64,000 nt of DNA from Phycisphaerae bacterium (GTDB lineage: Bacteria; Planctomycetota; Phycisphaerae; UBA1845; Fen-1342), in the NCBI GenBank assembly GCA_963675745.2, contig CAXXWX010000010.1, positions 64,001 through 128,000 on the forward strand, in the 5' to 3' direction. The translations under genes were made by a program, and so were the position numbers. Every line of letters starts with the position of its first letter. Position 1 is the stretch's first letter. The notes beneath the pieces are model-generated. The model did no database searches, was not told where the DNA came from, and saw nothing but the letters and a program-made list of their open reading frames with translations. Shown one piece after another: positions 50,371-60,910 of the stretch.

Positions 50371-52137
50371 TCAGACGTCGCTCGCGGTCGCACCACCGAT
50401 GGTTCGTTGGCTTCCCGCTGCCTGGTCCGAGGGTGCTGTCACACGCTTCGGCTCGTCCAGTGTTTTACGTACGCAACGCAGGAGATCTCGGCGACCAAAC
50501 GGCTTATCGAGGATCCTGACATTGTGAGCCAGCGCCCCCATATCGGCAAGAACGTCAGACGCGTACCCTGACATGAATACGGTCTTGAGGCGCGGGTACA
50601 GAGCTTCCATTTCCTCCGCCAACTGTCGGCCGTTCAATCCCTGCATAATGACGTCGGTAAGCAGGAGGTCGATCGGCTTGGTACACGTTCTGGCCAGTTG
50701 TAAGGCCGGCTCACCTCCCTCAGCGACAACGATCGTATAGCCCGCCTCCTGGAGCATCTGAACCGTCAGTTGGCGTACGAACTCGTCATCCTCACAGACT
50801 AAAATCGTCTCTGTGCCCCCTTGTACGGGCAGTTGATCGCGGGCCACTTCCCCTTCGTCTGGCTGCGTCTCCGAAACGGGGAAGTAGACCTTGAATGTGG
50901 TCCCCTTGCCAGGCGCTGTATCGAACGTCATATGACCACCAGCCTTGCTGATGATGCCGTAGACCGTCGCCAATCCCAAACCCGTTCCCTCGCCAACCGG
51001 CTTGGTGGTGAAGAACGGCTCCAGAGCATGTACGGCCGTTGCCTCGCTCATGCCGTCGCCCGTGTCGGTTACCGTGAGTAGGACGCGCGGCCCTACACGC
51101 GCTTCGGGATGGGTGCCGGCATATGCATCGTCGACCACTACGTTCGACGTCCGCAGAGTCAGCGAGCCGCCGCTCCGCATGGCGTCACGAGCATTGACGA
51201 CAAGGTTCATGATGACCTGTTCAACTTGTCCCGCATCGGCGTATATCCGCTTGAGGTCCGACGCGCACACCATCTCGAGCGAGATTGCCTCGGGAATCAG
51301 TCGCCGAAGCATCGGCTCGAACTCCGTGAGAAGGCGGTTGAGATCCAATACTTCAGGACGAGCGGTATCCCGGCGGCTAAAGATGAGCAATTGCCGTGTT
51401 AACGACGCCGCGCGTTCAGCACATAATTGAATCTGCTCAAGCCCATTGCGCACCACGGCAGGGTCTGGATCAGAACAACGCAGTATGTTCAGAGTAAGTT
51501 CCGCATTGCCGAAGATGGCGGTCACAATGTTGTTGAAGTCGTGGGCGACACCGCCGGCCAGGCGCCCGATGGCCTCCATCTTCTGCGCGTGTCGCAGTTG
51601 CGCTTCCAATTCGGCGTTCTGTTCTTCGGCACGCTGGCGTTCACGTATCTCGGACTCGAGATCGCGGACCTTCTTCTGGAGCTTGCGTGCCAGGCTCGCC
51701 GCGTGTTGCCGCTCAAACTCCTCCGCGCCGCTTGCCTGTGTGCCCGGAGCGGATGAGTCCGGCCGCCCGCTTCCAGCGACGGTTTCTTCGATGAGCGCTA
51801 ACAGTTTCTCGGGAGGTTCCGGCTTGATGACAAAGCGATCTGCTCCGAGGCTGAGAGCGAACTCCTCGTCTTTGGAATCCGTGTATGTCGCTGTGTAGAA
51901 GACGAATGGCGTGCCCCGTAACAGTGGATCGGTCTTCCACCGGCGGCACAGCTCGAAGCCGTCCATCTCCGGCATGAGGATGTCGGTGACTATGACATCC
52001 GGTGTGTCGCCCTCCGCCCGCGACAGCGCTTCCACGCCGTTCGATGCCGTGATCACCTGGTGCCCATGCCCCTCCAACAGCGACCGCAGCATGTACCGAC
52101 TCTGCTCGTTGTCGTCCACAATCAGTATGCGACTCAT
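50371..52137 (-). CDS. Hybrid REC-HisKA-HATPase-REC kinase
   Basis: AGGVAHDFNN, NLVVNARDAM, two receiver domains. Confidence 0.92.
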   Translation of the reverse strand: MSRILIVDDNEQSRYMLRSLLEGHGHQVITASNGVEALSRAEGDTPDVIVTDILMPEMDGFELCRRWKTDPLLRGTPFVFYTATYTDSKDEEFALSLGADRFVIKPEPPEKLLALIEETVAGSGRPDSSAPGTQASGAEEFERQHAASLARKLQKKVRDLESEIRERQRAEEQNAELEAQLRHAQKMEAIGRLAGGVAHDFNNIVTAIFGNAELTLNILRCSDPDPAVVRNGLEQIQLCAERAASLTRQLLIFSRRDTARPEVLDLNRLLTEFEPMLRRLIPEAISLEMVCASDLKRIYADAGQVEQVIMNLVVNARDAMRSGGSLTLRTSNVVVDDAYAGTHPEARVGPRVLLTVTDTGDGMSEATAVHALEPFFTTKPVGEGTGLGLATVYGIISKAGGHMTFDTAPGKGTTFKVYFPVSETQPDEGEVARDQLPVQGGTETILVCEDDEFVRQLTVQMLQEAGYTIVVAEGGEPALQLARTCTKPIDLLLTDVIMQGLNGRQLAEEMEALYPRLKTVFMSGYASDVLADMGALAHNVRILDKPFGRRDLLRCVRKTLDEPKRVTAPSDQAAGSQRTIGGATASDV

Positions 52138-52230
52138 TCCGTTCCTCCCTCGACGTGCTGGCCTACGGGCGCGTAACCGCGTGGTAGCTCTGCTCGTTGT
52201 CGTCCACTGCCCCTATCCTGTCCGCCTACT

Positions 52231-54774
52231 TCATTCTGATTGCTGATCAGCCCACACTTCTGGAAGCGAGAACGCGAAGACACTACCGACTCCCCACTCG
52301 CTTTGCACCTCGATGTGCCCCCCCAGTTGCGCCACGAGTTTCTTGCAGATCGACAGTCCCAGACCTGTTCCATCGCGCCTTCGCGACAGCCCGACGTCAA
52401 TCTGCGAAAAGGTCTCGAACAGCCGATCCATGTCCTCATCCTTGATGCCGATCCCGGTATCCGCCACCTCAACATGGATCATTGCACCGCTGCCTTCGCC
52501 GCCGGCGCGGCGTTCGGCGCGCAGGCGGACGCCGCCTCGATCCGTGAACTTCACCGCGTTGCTGAGGAGGTTTATGAGGATCTGCTCGACGCGCTTTGAA
52601 TCACTCTTGATTTCGCGCACTTGCGCCGCTATTTCGGTCTCCAGCGTGAGACCCTTTTGGCTGGCAAGTGGCGCTACAGTGTTGATCACCTTTTCAATGC
52701 TCTGGCGAAGCGAGAACCGGCGTGGCAACATCTCCAATTGGCCAGCTTCGATCTTCGAGATATCCAGCACATCGTTGATCAGATCAAGCAGGTGGGTTGA
52801 GCTTCCCTGCACCATTCCGAGCTGCTTTTGCTGCTCCGCATTAAGCGGCCCCGTCAAACCCTGGAGCATGATCCCGGTGAATCCGATGATCGAATTGAGC
52901 GGGGTGCGCAGCTCGTGTGACATGGTCGCCAAGAACGTGGATTTGAGACGGTCGGCTGATTCGGCCCGTTCCTTCGCTTTCTTCAATCGCGCCTCAACCT
53001 GAAGCCTGCGATTGATCTCACGCCGCAGCCTGCGAGCCCAGAGCAGCGCTGTCAGCCCCCCGATGCCCAACAGCCCGACAATTGCGGCACTCCACTGTAG
53101 CACACGCCTCACATCTTGGCCGTGTTCAAAACGCACGGCAACCCACTTGGCTCGAATCGCGGCAGCCTCATCTGGCGTGATGGACCTCAGGCCCTTGTTT
53201 AGGATACTCACGAGTTCGGGCCAGTCCTTGCGTACCGCCATGCGAAAACCCGCGGTTTCCCCGTCCAACGGCGCGGCAACTTTCAGATTCGTGAAACCAA
53301 GCTGTTCGATGGCGTACGACCCCTGAGCCAATGTGTCGACGTATGCATCGGCGCGGGCAGTCGCCACCGCCTGCAGCGACTCGTCCGTTGTCGAGAACAA
53401 CTTCAGCCGGAGTTGCGGATAGTCGCGTCGGAGACGGTCAAGCTGATGCGAATCCTCCTGCAGTGCGACGGTTTTGCCGGCAAGATCCAGCGCGCCACCA
53501 ACAAACGGCGCGCCTTTTCTCGTAAAGATCATCATTGGTGACGTGACGAAGACGTCGGTGAATGCCAGATACGCTTCACGCGGATCGGTTCGCACAGCCC
53601 CAGCCAGGACGTCTGTCTCACGCCGCCTCGCCAGCGCCAGCGCATCGTTCCACGTGTCGGCGGGAACCACCTCTATGCTGAGACCCACGCGCTGACCGAT
53701 CAGAACCAGGTAATCCCCGGAGATCCCGGCCAGTTCATGGTTTTTCGTGATGAATGCAAATGGCTGATGGTAGGGATCAGCGCTTGCGCGTATCGTGGGG
53801 TGTGCCGCGATCCAGGCACGCTCGCGCGGCGTCAAGTCGATCGTCACTTCCTCCGCTTCACGGTAGCGTGCTTCAACGTCAACAAACCAGCGTCGCTCGA
53901 TCTCCGCGCGTTCGTCCGGAGTAATGCGCTCTAGACCGGTGTTAATCTGGTGGATGAGGTCAATGCGTTCTTTCCGTGTCGCACCCCGGTACCGCCTCAC
54001 GAAGAGCGGCTTTGCCATGACGTAGTGAAACAGATCGTCGCAATCGTGCTCATTGCAGTGGTAGAACAGGTTGACGGCTGGCGAGACGAACACACTGAGT
54101 TCACCCTTGATAACGGCGTCGTAGAGCGAGGGATAATCCGGATAGAGCCTCAGATCGGCATCAGGGAACTCGCGTCTCATGAACGACTCGGTGAAACCGG
54201 CTGCCGGCGCACCCACCGCGACCCCCCGCAAGTCTGTCGGGTGGTCGGTGTGTCGATCGCGATCATGCACGATGACTCGATAGGCGAGGTCGCATATCGG
54301 TTCTGTGAAATCAAGTTGCCCATCTCGTTCATCAGAGAAGAACAGCCCGGCGTGGAGATCAGCCTCACCGTCGCGCACCATTCGGACCGACTCGGCGAAA
54401 TCCGCGGTGCGAAACTCGACCGGAACACCGGTCTTGTCGGACCACAAGCGCCACACGTCGATGAGCAAGCCGGCGGCCTGGCCGTTCTCGTCACAAAACT
54501 TCAGCGGGGGGTTGTTCCGATTGCTGGCGATGATCAACCGCTCGAGCCGCGGAACCTCCGGCGCGTATTGCTGCGATGGTTGCCGCGTACTCGACTCTGT
54601 TGAATCCGGCTGGCCAAACGCTGCCAGCGGGGCCAAGAGCAAGATGACCAGCATGCTCGCGACAGCGCCGGCGGATGCCACGTTGGCCGGCATCAAACGA
54701 CGTTGCACAGCAAAGGGGCCTGCGCCCGTGATCATCGAGACCAGAGATTCAGCGTGATCGAACCAGCGTGTCAT
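52231..54774 (-). CDS. Sensor kinase with two periplasmic solute-binding domains (BvgS/EvgS-like)
   Basis: Two PBPb domains linked by LTPRERAWI..HP, TM, SHELRTPLNSI. Confidence 0.9.
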   Translation of the reverse strand: MTRWFDHAESLVSMITGAGPFAVQRRLMPANVASAGAVASMLVILLLAPLAAFGQPDSTESSTRQPSQQYAPEVPRLERLIIASNRNNPPLKFCDENGQAAGLLIDVWRLWSDKTGVPVEFRTADFAESVRMVRDGEADLHAGLFFSDERDGQLDFTEPICDLAYRVIVHDRDRHTDHPTDLRGVAVGAPAAGFTESFMRREFPDADLRLYPDYPSLYDAVIKGELSVFVSPAVNLFYHCNEHDCDDLFHYVMAKPLFVRRYRGATRKERIDLIHQINTGLERITPDERAEIERRWFVDVEARYREAEEVTIDLTPRERAWIAAHPTIRASADPYHQPFAFITKNHELAGISGDYLVLIGQRVGLSIEVVPADTWNDALALARRRETDVLAGAVRTDPREAYLAFTDVFVTSPMMIFTRKGAPFVGGALDLAGKTVALQEDSHQLDRLRRDYPQLRLKLFSTTDESLQAVATARADAYVDTLAQGSYAIEQLGFTNLKVAAPLDGETAGFRMAVRKDWPELVSILNKGLRSITPDEAAAIRAKWVAVRFEHGQDVRRVLQWSAAIVGLLGIGGLTALLWARRLRREINRRLQVEARLKKAKERAESADRLKSTFLATMSHELRTPLNSIIGFTGIMLQGLTGPLNAEQQKQLGMVQGSSTHLLDLINDVLDISKIEAGQLEMLPRRFSLRQSIEKVINTVAPLASQKGLTLETEIAAQVREIKSDSKRVEQILINLLSNAVKFTDRGGVRLRAERRAGGEGSGAMIHVEVADTGIGIKDEDMDRLFETFSQIDVGLSRRRDGTGLGLSICKKLVAQLGGHIEVQSEWGVGSVFAFSLPEVWADQQSE

Positions 54775-55224
54775 TCCGTGATTCCCGAGGAGCCGTCAGC
54801 AGTCCAGCGACAGGCATCCAGCGGAGCCGTGCAATAGGCCCTCTCCCTATCACCTCGAATGACGAGCACATCTCGATCGCGGCCACCACCTCGACCGGTT
54901 AGGGGAACGACGCATCGCTGACGGCATGTGCGCAGATCCGCGACCCAGGGCTCTCAGACTTGCCCAGCCAACCTCCCAATCCAAGCGACAGGATCCAACC
55001 GGCTGTAGCCGGCATATCAGTATTCCGATCCCCCGATGTGCGTCCACCCCGCTCGTCGCACCTCGTGCGAACACCGTCACCTCCTGTGACTTCGCAGTTT
55101 GCCAGATGGGCCGGCTTCGGTACCGCGATCGGCAATTGCTATCCATAACTGCCGAATATGGCTTAGTTTATCGTCTGCCCGCCAGCAGATCAAGCCGCCC
55201 TCGGGGAACCGCGGGTCAGACTTG

Positions 55225-56577
55225 TCAGCGCCCGCCCTGTCCGAAAGCGCGTTCGATGAAGTGCGTATCAACATCTCCCTTGACGAAATCAACGTGCTCG
55301 AAAATCTTCATGTGCAAGGGGATGGTCGTCTTCAACGGGCCAATCACGAATTCGCTCAGCGCTCGCCGCATCACCTTGATGGCTTCCTCGCGCGTCGGCC
55401 GGTGTACGAGGAGTTTGGCGATCATCGAGTCGTAATGGGGGCTGACGACATAGCCGGCATGGGCATGGGTGTCGACGCGCACGCCCGGGCCGCCCGGCAC
55501 GATGTAATGCTCGATTCGCCCGGGGCAAGGGCGGAAGTTGTCGTCGGGTGATTCGGCGTTAATGCGACACTCAATGGCCGAGCCGCGGGATTTGATGTCG
55601 GCCTGCGCCAGGCTCAGTTTTTCGCCGGCGGCAATCCGCAATTGCCATTGCACGAGGTCGAGGCCGGTCACCAACTCCGACACCGGGTGCTCGACCTGGA
55701 TGCGTGCGTTGATCTCCATGAAATAGAAGTTCTCATTCTCATCGACCAGGAACTCACACGTCCCGGCGGAGAAATAGCCGGCGGCCTTGGCGAGCCGCAC
55801 CGCCGCGTCGCACAAGCGCCGGCGCGTGCGCCCGCTGATATGCGGCGAAGGTGATTCCTCGACCAGCTTCTGGTGTCGGCGCTGGAGCGAACAGTCACGC
55901 TCAAGCGTGTGGATCGTGTTACCCTTCTTGTCGGCGAGCAACTGCACCTCGACGTGCCGCGGCCGCTCGATGAGCTTCTCGATGTACAGCGTGCCATCTC
56001 TGAACGCGGCCTCAGCCTCGGCGTGCGCGTTGCGAAAATTCGTACGCAGCGCGGCCTCATTGTGCGCCGGGCGCATCCCGCGGCCCCCGCCTCCCGCGGC
56101 GGCCTTGATCATCACCGGATAGCCGATCTTCGAAACCAGTTCAACGGCCTCTTCCTCATCGGCAACCGGACCATCCGTGCCGGGCACAATCGGGACGCGG
56201 GCCTTCTTGGCCAGCTTGCGGGCCTCGACCTTGTTTCCCAACAGGCGCATCGACTCGGCGCTCGGGCCAATAAACTCGATGCGGCAGTCCCGGCACATCT
56301 GCGCAAACGTTGGGTTTTCGGCGAGAAAACCATACCCGGGATGGATAGCCTGTACGTCGGCGATCTCAGCGGCGGAGAGAATCGCCGCGGGATTCAGATA
56401 CGAGTGTGAGGCCGGTGCCGCACCGATACAGATCGCATCGTTTGCTTGATTCAGGTAGGCGGCACCCTCGTCGGCCTTGCTATAGACCGCGATCGCCTCG
56501 ACGCCCAAATCGCGACACGCGCGGATAATCCGCAATGCGATCTCACCACGGTTGGCAACCAGTATTCGGCTGAACAT
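55225..56577 (-). CDS. accC: Biotin carboxylase
   Basis: [40 protein letters not shown]. Confidence 0.97.
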   Translation of the reverse strand: MFSRILVANRGEIALRIIRACRDLGVEAIAVYSKADEGAAYLNQANDAICIGAAPASHSYLNPAAILSAAEIADVQAIHPGYGFLAENPTFAQMCRDCRIEFIGPSAESMRLLGNKVEARKLAKKARVPIVPGTDGPVADEEEAVELVSKIGYPVMIKAAAGGGGRGMRPAHNEAALRTNFRNAHAEAEAAFRDGTLYIEKLIERPRHVEVQLLADKKGNTIHTLERDCSLQRRHQKLVEESPSPHISGRTRRRLCDAAVRLAKAAGYFSAGTCEFLVDENENFYFMEINARIQVEHPVSELVTGLDLVQWQLRIAAGEKLSLAQADIKSRGSAIECRINAESPDDNFRPCPGRIEHYIVPGGPGVRVDTHAHAGYVVSPHYDSMIAKLLVHRPTREEAIKVMRRALSEFVIGPLKTTIPLHMKIFEHVDFVKGDVDTHFIERAFGQGGR

Positions 56578-56605
56578 CCGGATCGGATCCCCAACGCCGC
56601 GCAGC

Positions 56606-57067
56606 TCAGGCGGGCTCGATGGCAAACAACGGTTGGTCGTACTCGACTGCCTCGGCGTTCGTCACCAGCACCTTGGTGATCCGGCCCGAAGCCTCCGCCT
56701 TGATCTCGTTGAACACCTTCATCGCCTCGACGATGCACACGACCGTTTCGGGATCGACGACGCTTCCAACGGACACAAAAGGCGCCGCCTCGGGCCCGGA
56801 AGCCGCATAAAACGTGCCCACCATTGGCGAGCGAATGAGTGTCTCATTCGACTCGGGCGGCGCTTCCGCCGATGCGCCTGGCGTGGGAACCGATGCCGTG
56901 GGCGTGGTGGCCGGTACAGGTGGGAGTGAGGCCGGCGGCAGGGGGCCGGCCACCACCGACTGGCCGCGCTTGAGCAGCACGTGCGATTCGCCCTCTTGAA
57001 TCTCGATACGGCTGAGGTCGTTTTCAACCATCAGCTCTATGAGCTCTTTGATGCGTTGCGTGTCCAT
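56606..57067 (-). CDS. accB: Biotin carboxyl carrier protein
   Basis: [13 protein letters not shown]. Confidence 0.97.
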   Translation of the reverse strand: MDTQRIKELIELMVENDLSRIEIQEGESHVLLKRGQSVVAGPLPPASLPPVPATTPTASVPTPGASAEAPPESNETLIRSPMVGTFYAASGPEAAPFVSVGSVVDPETVVCIVEAMKVFNEIKAEASGRITKVLVTNAEAVEYDQPLFAIEPA

Positions 57068-57115
57068 ATGGATCTCGCTGGCGTCCGCTGCGGGACGCCC
57101 GTCGCTCCCAGGTGA

Positions 57116-58213
57116 TCAGCGTGGCAGATCGAGCGGTAGATCTGAGAGCACTTCGCAGCCGGTTTTGGTCACCAGCACGTCGTCCTCCAATCTCACGCCG
57201 CACACTCCGGGGATGTAAATCCCGGGTTCGATTGTCACGACCATGCCGGGCTTCAACTCGCCGGCCGCGGTGCGTCCAAGGCTTGGCGCCTCGTGTACAT
57301 CCAGCCCGATGCCATGTCCGAGGCCGTGGGTGAACTGCTTGCCGAAACCCGCCTTGCGGATGATGTTTCGGGCAACCTTGTCCACGTCTGCCGCCTTGAC
57401 GCCGGGACGTACGGCATCGATCGCACCATCGTGCGCCGCTCGTACGACGTCATACAGCTTCCTGATGCGGCGGGGGATGCTACCGATCCACAGCATGCGG
57501 GTCAAGTCGCTGACGTACCAGTCAACTCGCGCCCCCCAGTCGATAAGCACAGGTTCGCCGTCACGCAGATTCCGACTTCCAGGCTCGTAATGGGGTAGCG
57601 ACGCGTTGGGGCCCGATGCGACGATGGGCGTAAAGCTGGGGCCCTCGGCTCCCAGCGCCTGCATCTCGTAGATCAGCTTTGCGGCGACCCGGCGCTCCGT
57701 CAGGCCGGGACGAGCCCATTTCTCGATCTTGCGGAACGCACGCTGGGCGACGTCGATGGCGTGGCGGATTCTCTTAACCTCTTGTGGCGACTTGATTTCT
57801 CGCATCGCGCCGACGAGATTGCCGGCGGCCATCAGCCTTGTAGGCGCGAGCAGACGCTTGAGGCCGTTGAACACCTGCACGGTCATGTGGCCGGGGTCAT
57901 ACCCCACGCTCCGTAATCGGTAACGGTGGATTTCCTGGACGGTTGCTTCGGGGCCGCGTTTTTTGCGGATGATTTTCTTTGCAAAGGGTGCCTCGCGGGT
58001 GGCCGTCTCGCCGAACCGTCCGTCCGTGAGCAGGACGATCGCGCGAGGCGTCAGGAGCACACCACCGTCCTCGCCGGTGAACCCGGTCAGCCAATACTGG
58101 TCCTGGCGGTTTAGAATGAGGTAGCCATCGAGCTTATGCCGCTGCATCTGCTCGCGAACCTGGGCGATTCGCTTGGCATACAGGCTTGGGATTCGCGCTG
58201 GTTTCTTGCTCAT
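57116..58213 (-). CDS. Xaa-Pro peptidase (M24)
   Basis: SDLTR, HGLGHGIGLDVHE, TIEPGIY, GVRLEDD. Confidence 0.93.
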   Translation of the reverse strand: MSKKPARIPSLYAKRIAQVREQMQRHKLDGYLILNRQDQYWLTGFTGEDGGVLLTPRAIVLLTDGRFGETATREAPFAKKIIRKKRGPEATVQEIHRYRLRSVGYDPGHMTVQVFNGLKRLLAPTRLMAAGNLVGAMREIKSPQEVKRIRHAIDVAQRAFRKIEKWARPGLTERRVAAKLIYEMQALGAEGPSFTPIVASGPNASLPHYEPGSRNLRDGEPVLIDWGARVDWYVSDLTRMLWIGSIPRRIRKLYDVVRAAHDGAIDAVRPGVKAADVDKVARNIIRKAGFGKQFTHGLGHGIGLDVHEAPSLGRTAAGELKPGMVVTIEPGIYIPGVCGVRLEDDVLVTKTGCEVLSDLPLDLPR

Positions 58214-58418
58214 ATGCCTCGCTCAATGGTGTCTGGATATGCCGGCGACTCGCCGTTTGCAGCGGGCAGTCTACCACCGGACGTCCGATACTGCCAGCAT
58301 CCGCGAGTTGCAAAGCTGCCCCCGGCGATTGACCGGCGGCGGCTTATCTGGTAGCGTAAGTGGCTCGCATCTGTCGGCGGCAGATGCCGTTAGTGCGTAA
58401 ATCAACGAGGAAATACTC

Positions 58419-58688
58419 ATGGCTCGCATATGCCCTTTTACCGGCAAGCGGACAGTGGCGGGACGCTCGATCGCTCGCCGTGGTAAGGCGAAGTACCTGG
58501 GCGGTGTCGGCCGCAAGGTCACCGGCATCACCAAGCGGAAGTTCAAGCCCAATATCCAGAAGGTCCGCGCGGTCATCGACGGGCGCATTTGCCGGATCCG
58601 TGTGAGTGCCAAGGCAATCCGCATGGGGTTGATCGTCAAGCCGCCCCGGCGTCAATGGTCAAAGCCGGAAGAGCCGACCGAGTCCTAG
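58419..58688 (+). CDS. rpmB: 50S ribosomal protein L28
   Basis: MARICPFTGK...KRKFKPNIQ...RVSAKAIR. Confidence 0.95.
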   Translation: MARICPFTGKRTVAGRSIARRGKAKYLGGVGRKVTGITKRKFKPNIQKVRAVIDGRICRIRVSAKAIRMGLIVKPPRRQWSKPEEPTES

Positions 58689-58769
58689 TGCTGTCTCACC
58701 GTAGTGGTACCCGGTCGCGCGGCTTTTCGGCTCAGGGCCGATTCGCATCGACCACAGCGGGGCAACGTC

Positions 58770-59075
58770 ATGTCACAGGCGATCGACGAAGCCCGTGTAC
58801 GCCACATCGCCAAGCTCGCCCGACTCGCGCTGACCGATGACGAAGTGCGGCTCTTCTCCGGGCAGTTGGCCGAGATCGTCAACTACTTCAAACAGCTTGA
58901 TGAAGTCGATACGGACGGGGTCGAGCCGATGGCCCACGCCTTGTCTGTGATGGATATCCAGCGCGATGACTGCCCGCGCGCGTGGCTCGATACGGCGGCC
59001 GCACTGCGCAACGCGCCGCAGCAACACGAGTCGTTTTTCCAGGTGCCGCCGGTCCTCGGCGGCGGCGGCGCATAG
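58770..59075 (+). CDS. gatC: Asp/Glu-tRNA amidotransferase subunit C
   Basis: [22 protein letters not shown]....FFQVP. Confidence 0.95.
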   Translation: MSQAIDEARVRHIAKLARLALTDDEVRLFSGQLAEIVNYFKQLDEVDTDGVEPMAHALSVMDIQRDDCPRAWLDTAAALRNAPQQHESFFQVPPVLGGGGA

Positions 59076-59164
59076 ATGATGAAGCGCGCCCGACCATTGA
59101 TGGCGCGCCGCGGGCCTCAGCCCGCGCGGCACGTCGATTGCGAGCGTGGTGCCCCAGAAGACAC

Positions 59165-60643
59165 ATGAGCACACCTGATTCGGCACAACTGATCGCGGCG
59201 GATGTGGCGGCGGCACGCCGGCGCGCTGTTGACGTCTGCGCGGAAGCGCTGGAGCGCATCGAGGCGTGTGACAGTGCCACGGGGGCCTTTATCGAGGTGA
59301 CGCGCGCTCACGCGCTGGACGCGGCCGCGCGCATCGATGGCGATGTCGCAGCCGGCAAGTCTGTCGGGCCGCTGGCAGGCGTGCCGGTCGCCATCAAGGA
59401 CAACCTGTGTACGCGTTTCAGCCGGACCACGTGTGGGTCGAAGATGTTGGCGGCTTTCGAGTCGCCGTACGACGCGACCGCTGTCGAGCGACTCGAACGC
59501 GCCGGCGCCGTCATCGTCGGCAAGACAAACCTCGACGAGTTTGCGATGGGTTCGTCGACCGAGACCAGCGTGTTCGGCCGCACGCGAAACCCCTGGGATC
59601 TGCAACGTGTTCCCGGCGGCTCATCGGGTGGTTCGACCGTGGCCGTCGCGGCACGCATGGTGCCCATAGCGCTTGGAACCGACACGGGCGGCTCGATACG
59701 CCAACCTGCCTCGTTGTGCGGCGTCGTCGGCATGAAACCGACCTACGGGCGCGTTTCGCGCTTCGGCCTGGTGGCGTACGGCTCCAGCCTTGACCAGATT
59801 GGGCCGCTGGCGACGTGCGTTGACGATGTGGCGGTTGTACTGACGGCGATCAGCGGGCATGATCCGAAAGACTCGACCTGCGTGGACCAGCCCGTGCCGG
59901 ATTACCGCGCGGCGCTGATGGATGACAATCTCGCGCAGCGCGCATCAGGATTGCGGATCGGCATCCCGCGGGAATACTTCGGTGAGGGGCTCGACGCGCA
60001 GGTCAGCGACGCTGTCAAGCAGGCGCTCGACGTGTACCAGACGCTCGGTGCAGAGTTGGTCGACCTCTCACTGCCACACACCCGATACTGCATCGCCGCC
60101 TACTACGTGGTCGCGACGGCGGAAGCGTCCAGCAACCTGGCGCGCTTTGACGGCGTGCACTACGGGCATCGGGCTGAGAAACCATCCGGCATCGTTGATC
60201 TCTACAGCAGATCGCGCGAGGAGGGCTTCGGCCCCGAGGTCAAGCGTCGCATCATGCTGGGGACCTTCGCGCTGTCCGCGGGCTACTACGACGCGTATTA
60301 CAACAAGGCACTCAAGGTCCGCCGGCTGATCAAGCAGGACTTCGACCGGGCGTTCGAGCAGGTTGATGTGCTGGCGTGCCCGGCGTCGCCAACGCCGGCG
60401 TTTCGACTGGGCGAGAAACTCGACGACCCGCTCCAGATGTATCTGGCCGACGTCTACACCATCGGCCCGAACCTCGCCGGCCTGCCGGGCATCGTCGTGC
60501 CGTGCGGATTCAGCGGTGGGGGGTTGCCAATTGGATTGCAGTTGATCGGGCCGTTGTTCGGCGAAGCGGCGCTTCTTCAAACCGCGCGATTACACGAGCG
60601 CGAGACTGATTGGCACACGCGCCGGCCGCCCGATATCGGGTAA
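59165..60643 (+). CDS. gatA: Asp/Glu-tRNA amidotransferase subunit A
   Basis: [42 protein letters not shown]. Confidence 0.97.
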   Translation: MSTPDSAQLIAADVAAARRRAVDVCAEALERIEACDSATGAFIEVTRAHALDAAARIDGDVAAGKSVGPLAGVPVAIKDNLCTRFSRTTCGSKMLAAFESPYDATAVERLERAGAVIVGKTNLDEFAMGSSTETSVFGRTRNPWDLQRVPGGSSGGSTVAVAARMVPIALGTDTGGSIRQPASLCGVVGMKPTYGRVSRFGLVAYGSSLDQIGPLATCVDDVAVVLTAISGHDPKDSTCVDQPVPDYRAALMDDNLAQRASGLRIGIPREYFGEGLDAQVSDAVKQALDVYQTLGAELVDLSLPHTRYCIAAYYVVATAEASSNLARFDGVHYGHRAEKPSGIVDLYSRSREEGFGPEVKRRIMLGTFALSAGYYDAYYNKALKVRRLIKQDFDRAFEQVDVLACPASPTPAFRLGEKLDDPLQMYLADVYTIGPNLAGLPGIVVPCGFSGGGLPIGLQLIGPLFGEAALLQTARLHERETDWHTRRPPDIG

Positions 60644-60744
60644 CCAGCGCCGCCTCAATCCAACCGCCCCGTCAGGCGTCCGAGTCGGGCCGGTTTCACC
60701 AGCGTGCATTCTCGCGAAGTCACGGCCGACTCGGGGGGCGGCCG

Positions 60745-60892
60745 CTAGAGCGGTTTCAGTAAAGACGCGGTGGCTTACACTGTCGGGGTGGGTCGGGCGT
60801 CTCGCCCGACTTCGACGAAAGCAGTACATGGGCGGGTGGGACGCCCGCCCCACCCGCGTATGGGCAACGGATTGTTGTTGAAACCGCTCTAG
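60745..60892. mobile_element. 148-bp MITE-like element with a nested REP doublet
   Basis: Perfect 14-bp terminal IR CTAGAGCGGTTTCA / TGAAACCGCTCTAG; internal inverted pair at 60786-60855. Confidence 0.8.
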
Positions 60893-60910
60893 GCTATAAG
60901 GCAAAACGCG

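Noticed and set aside
45969..55224. Integrated island at tRNA-Thr
   Set aside because: No integrase or duplicated tRNA 3' end found.
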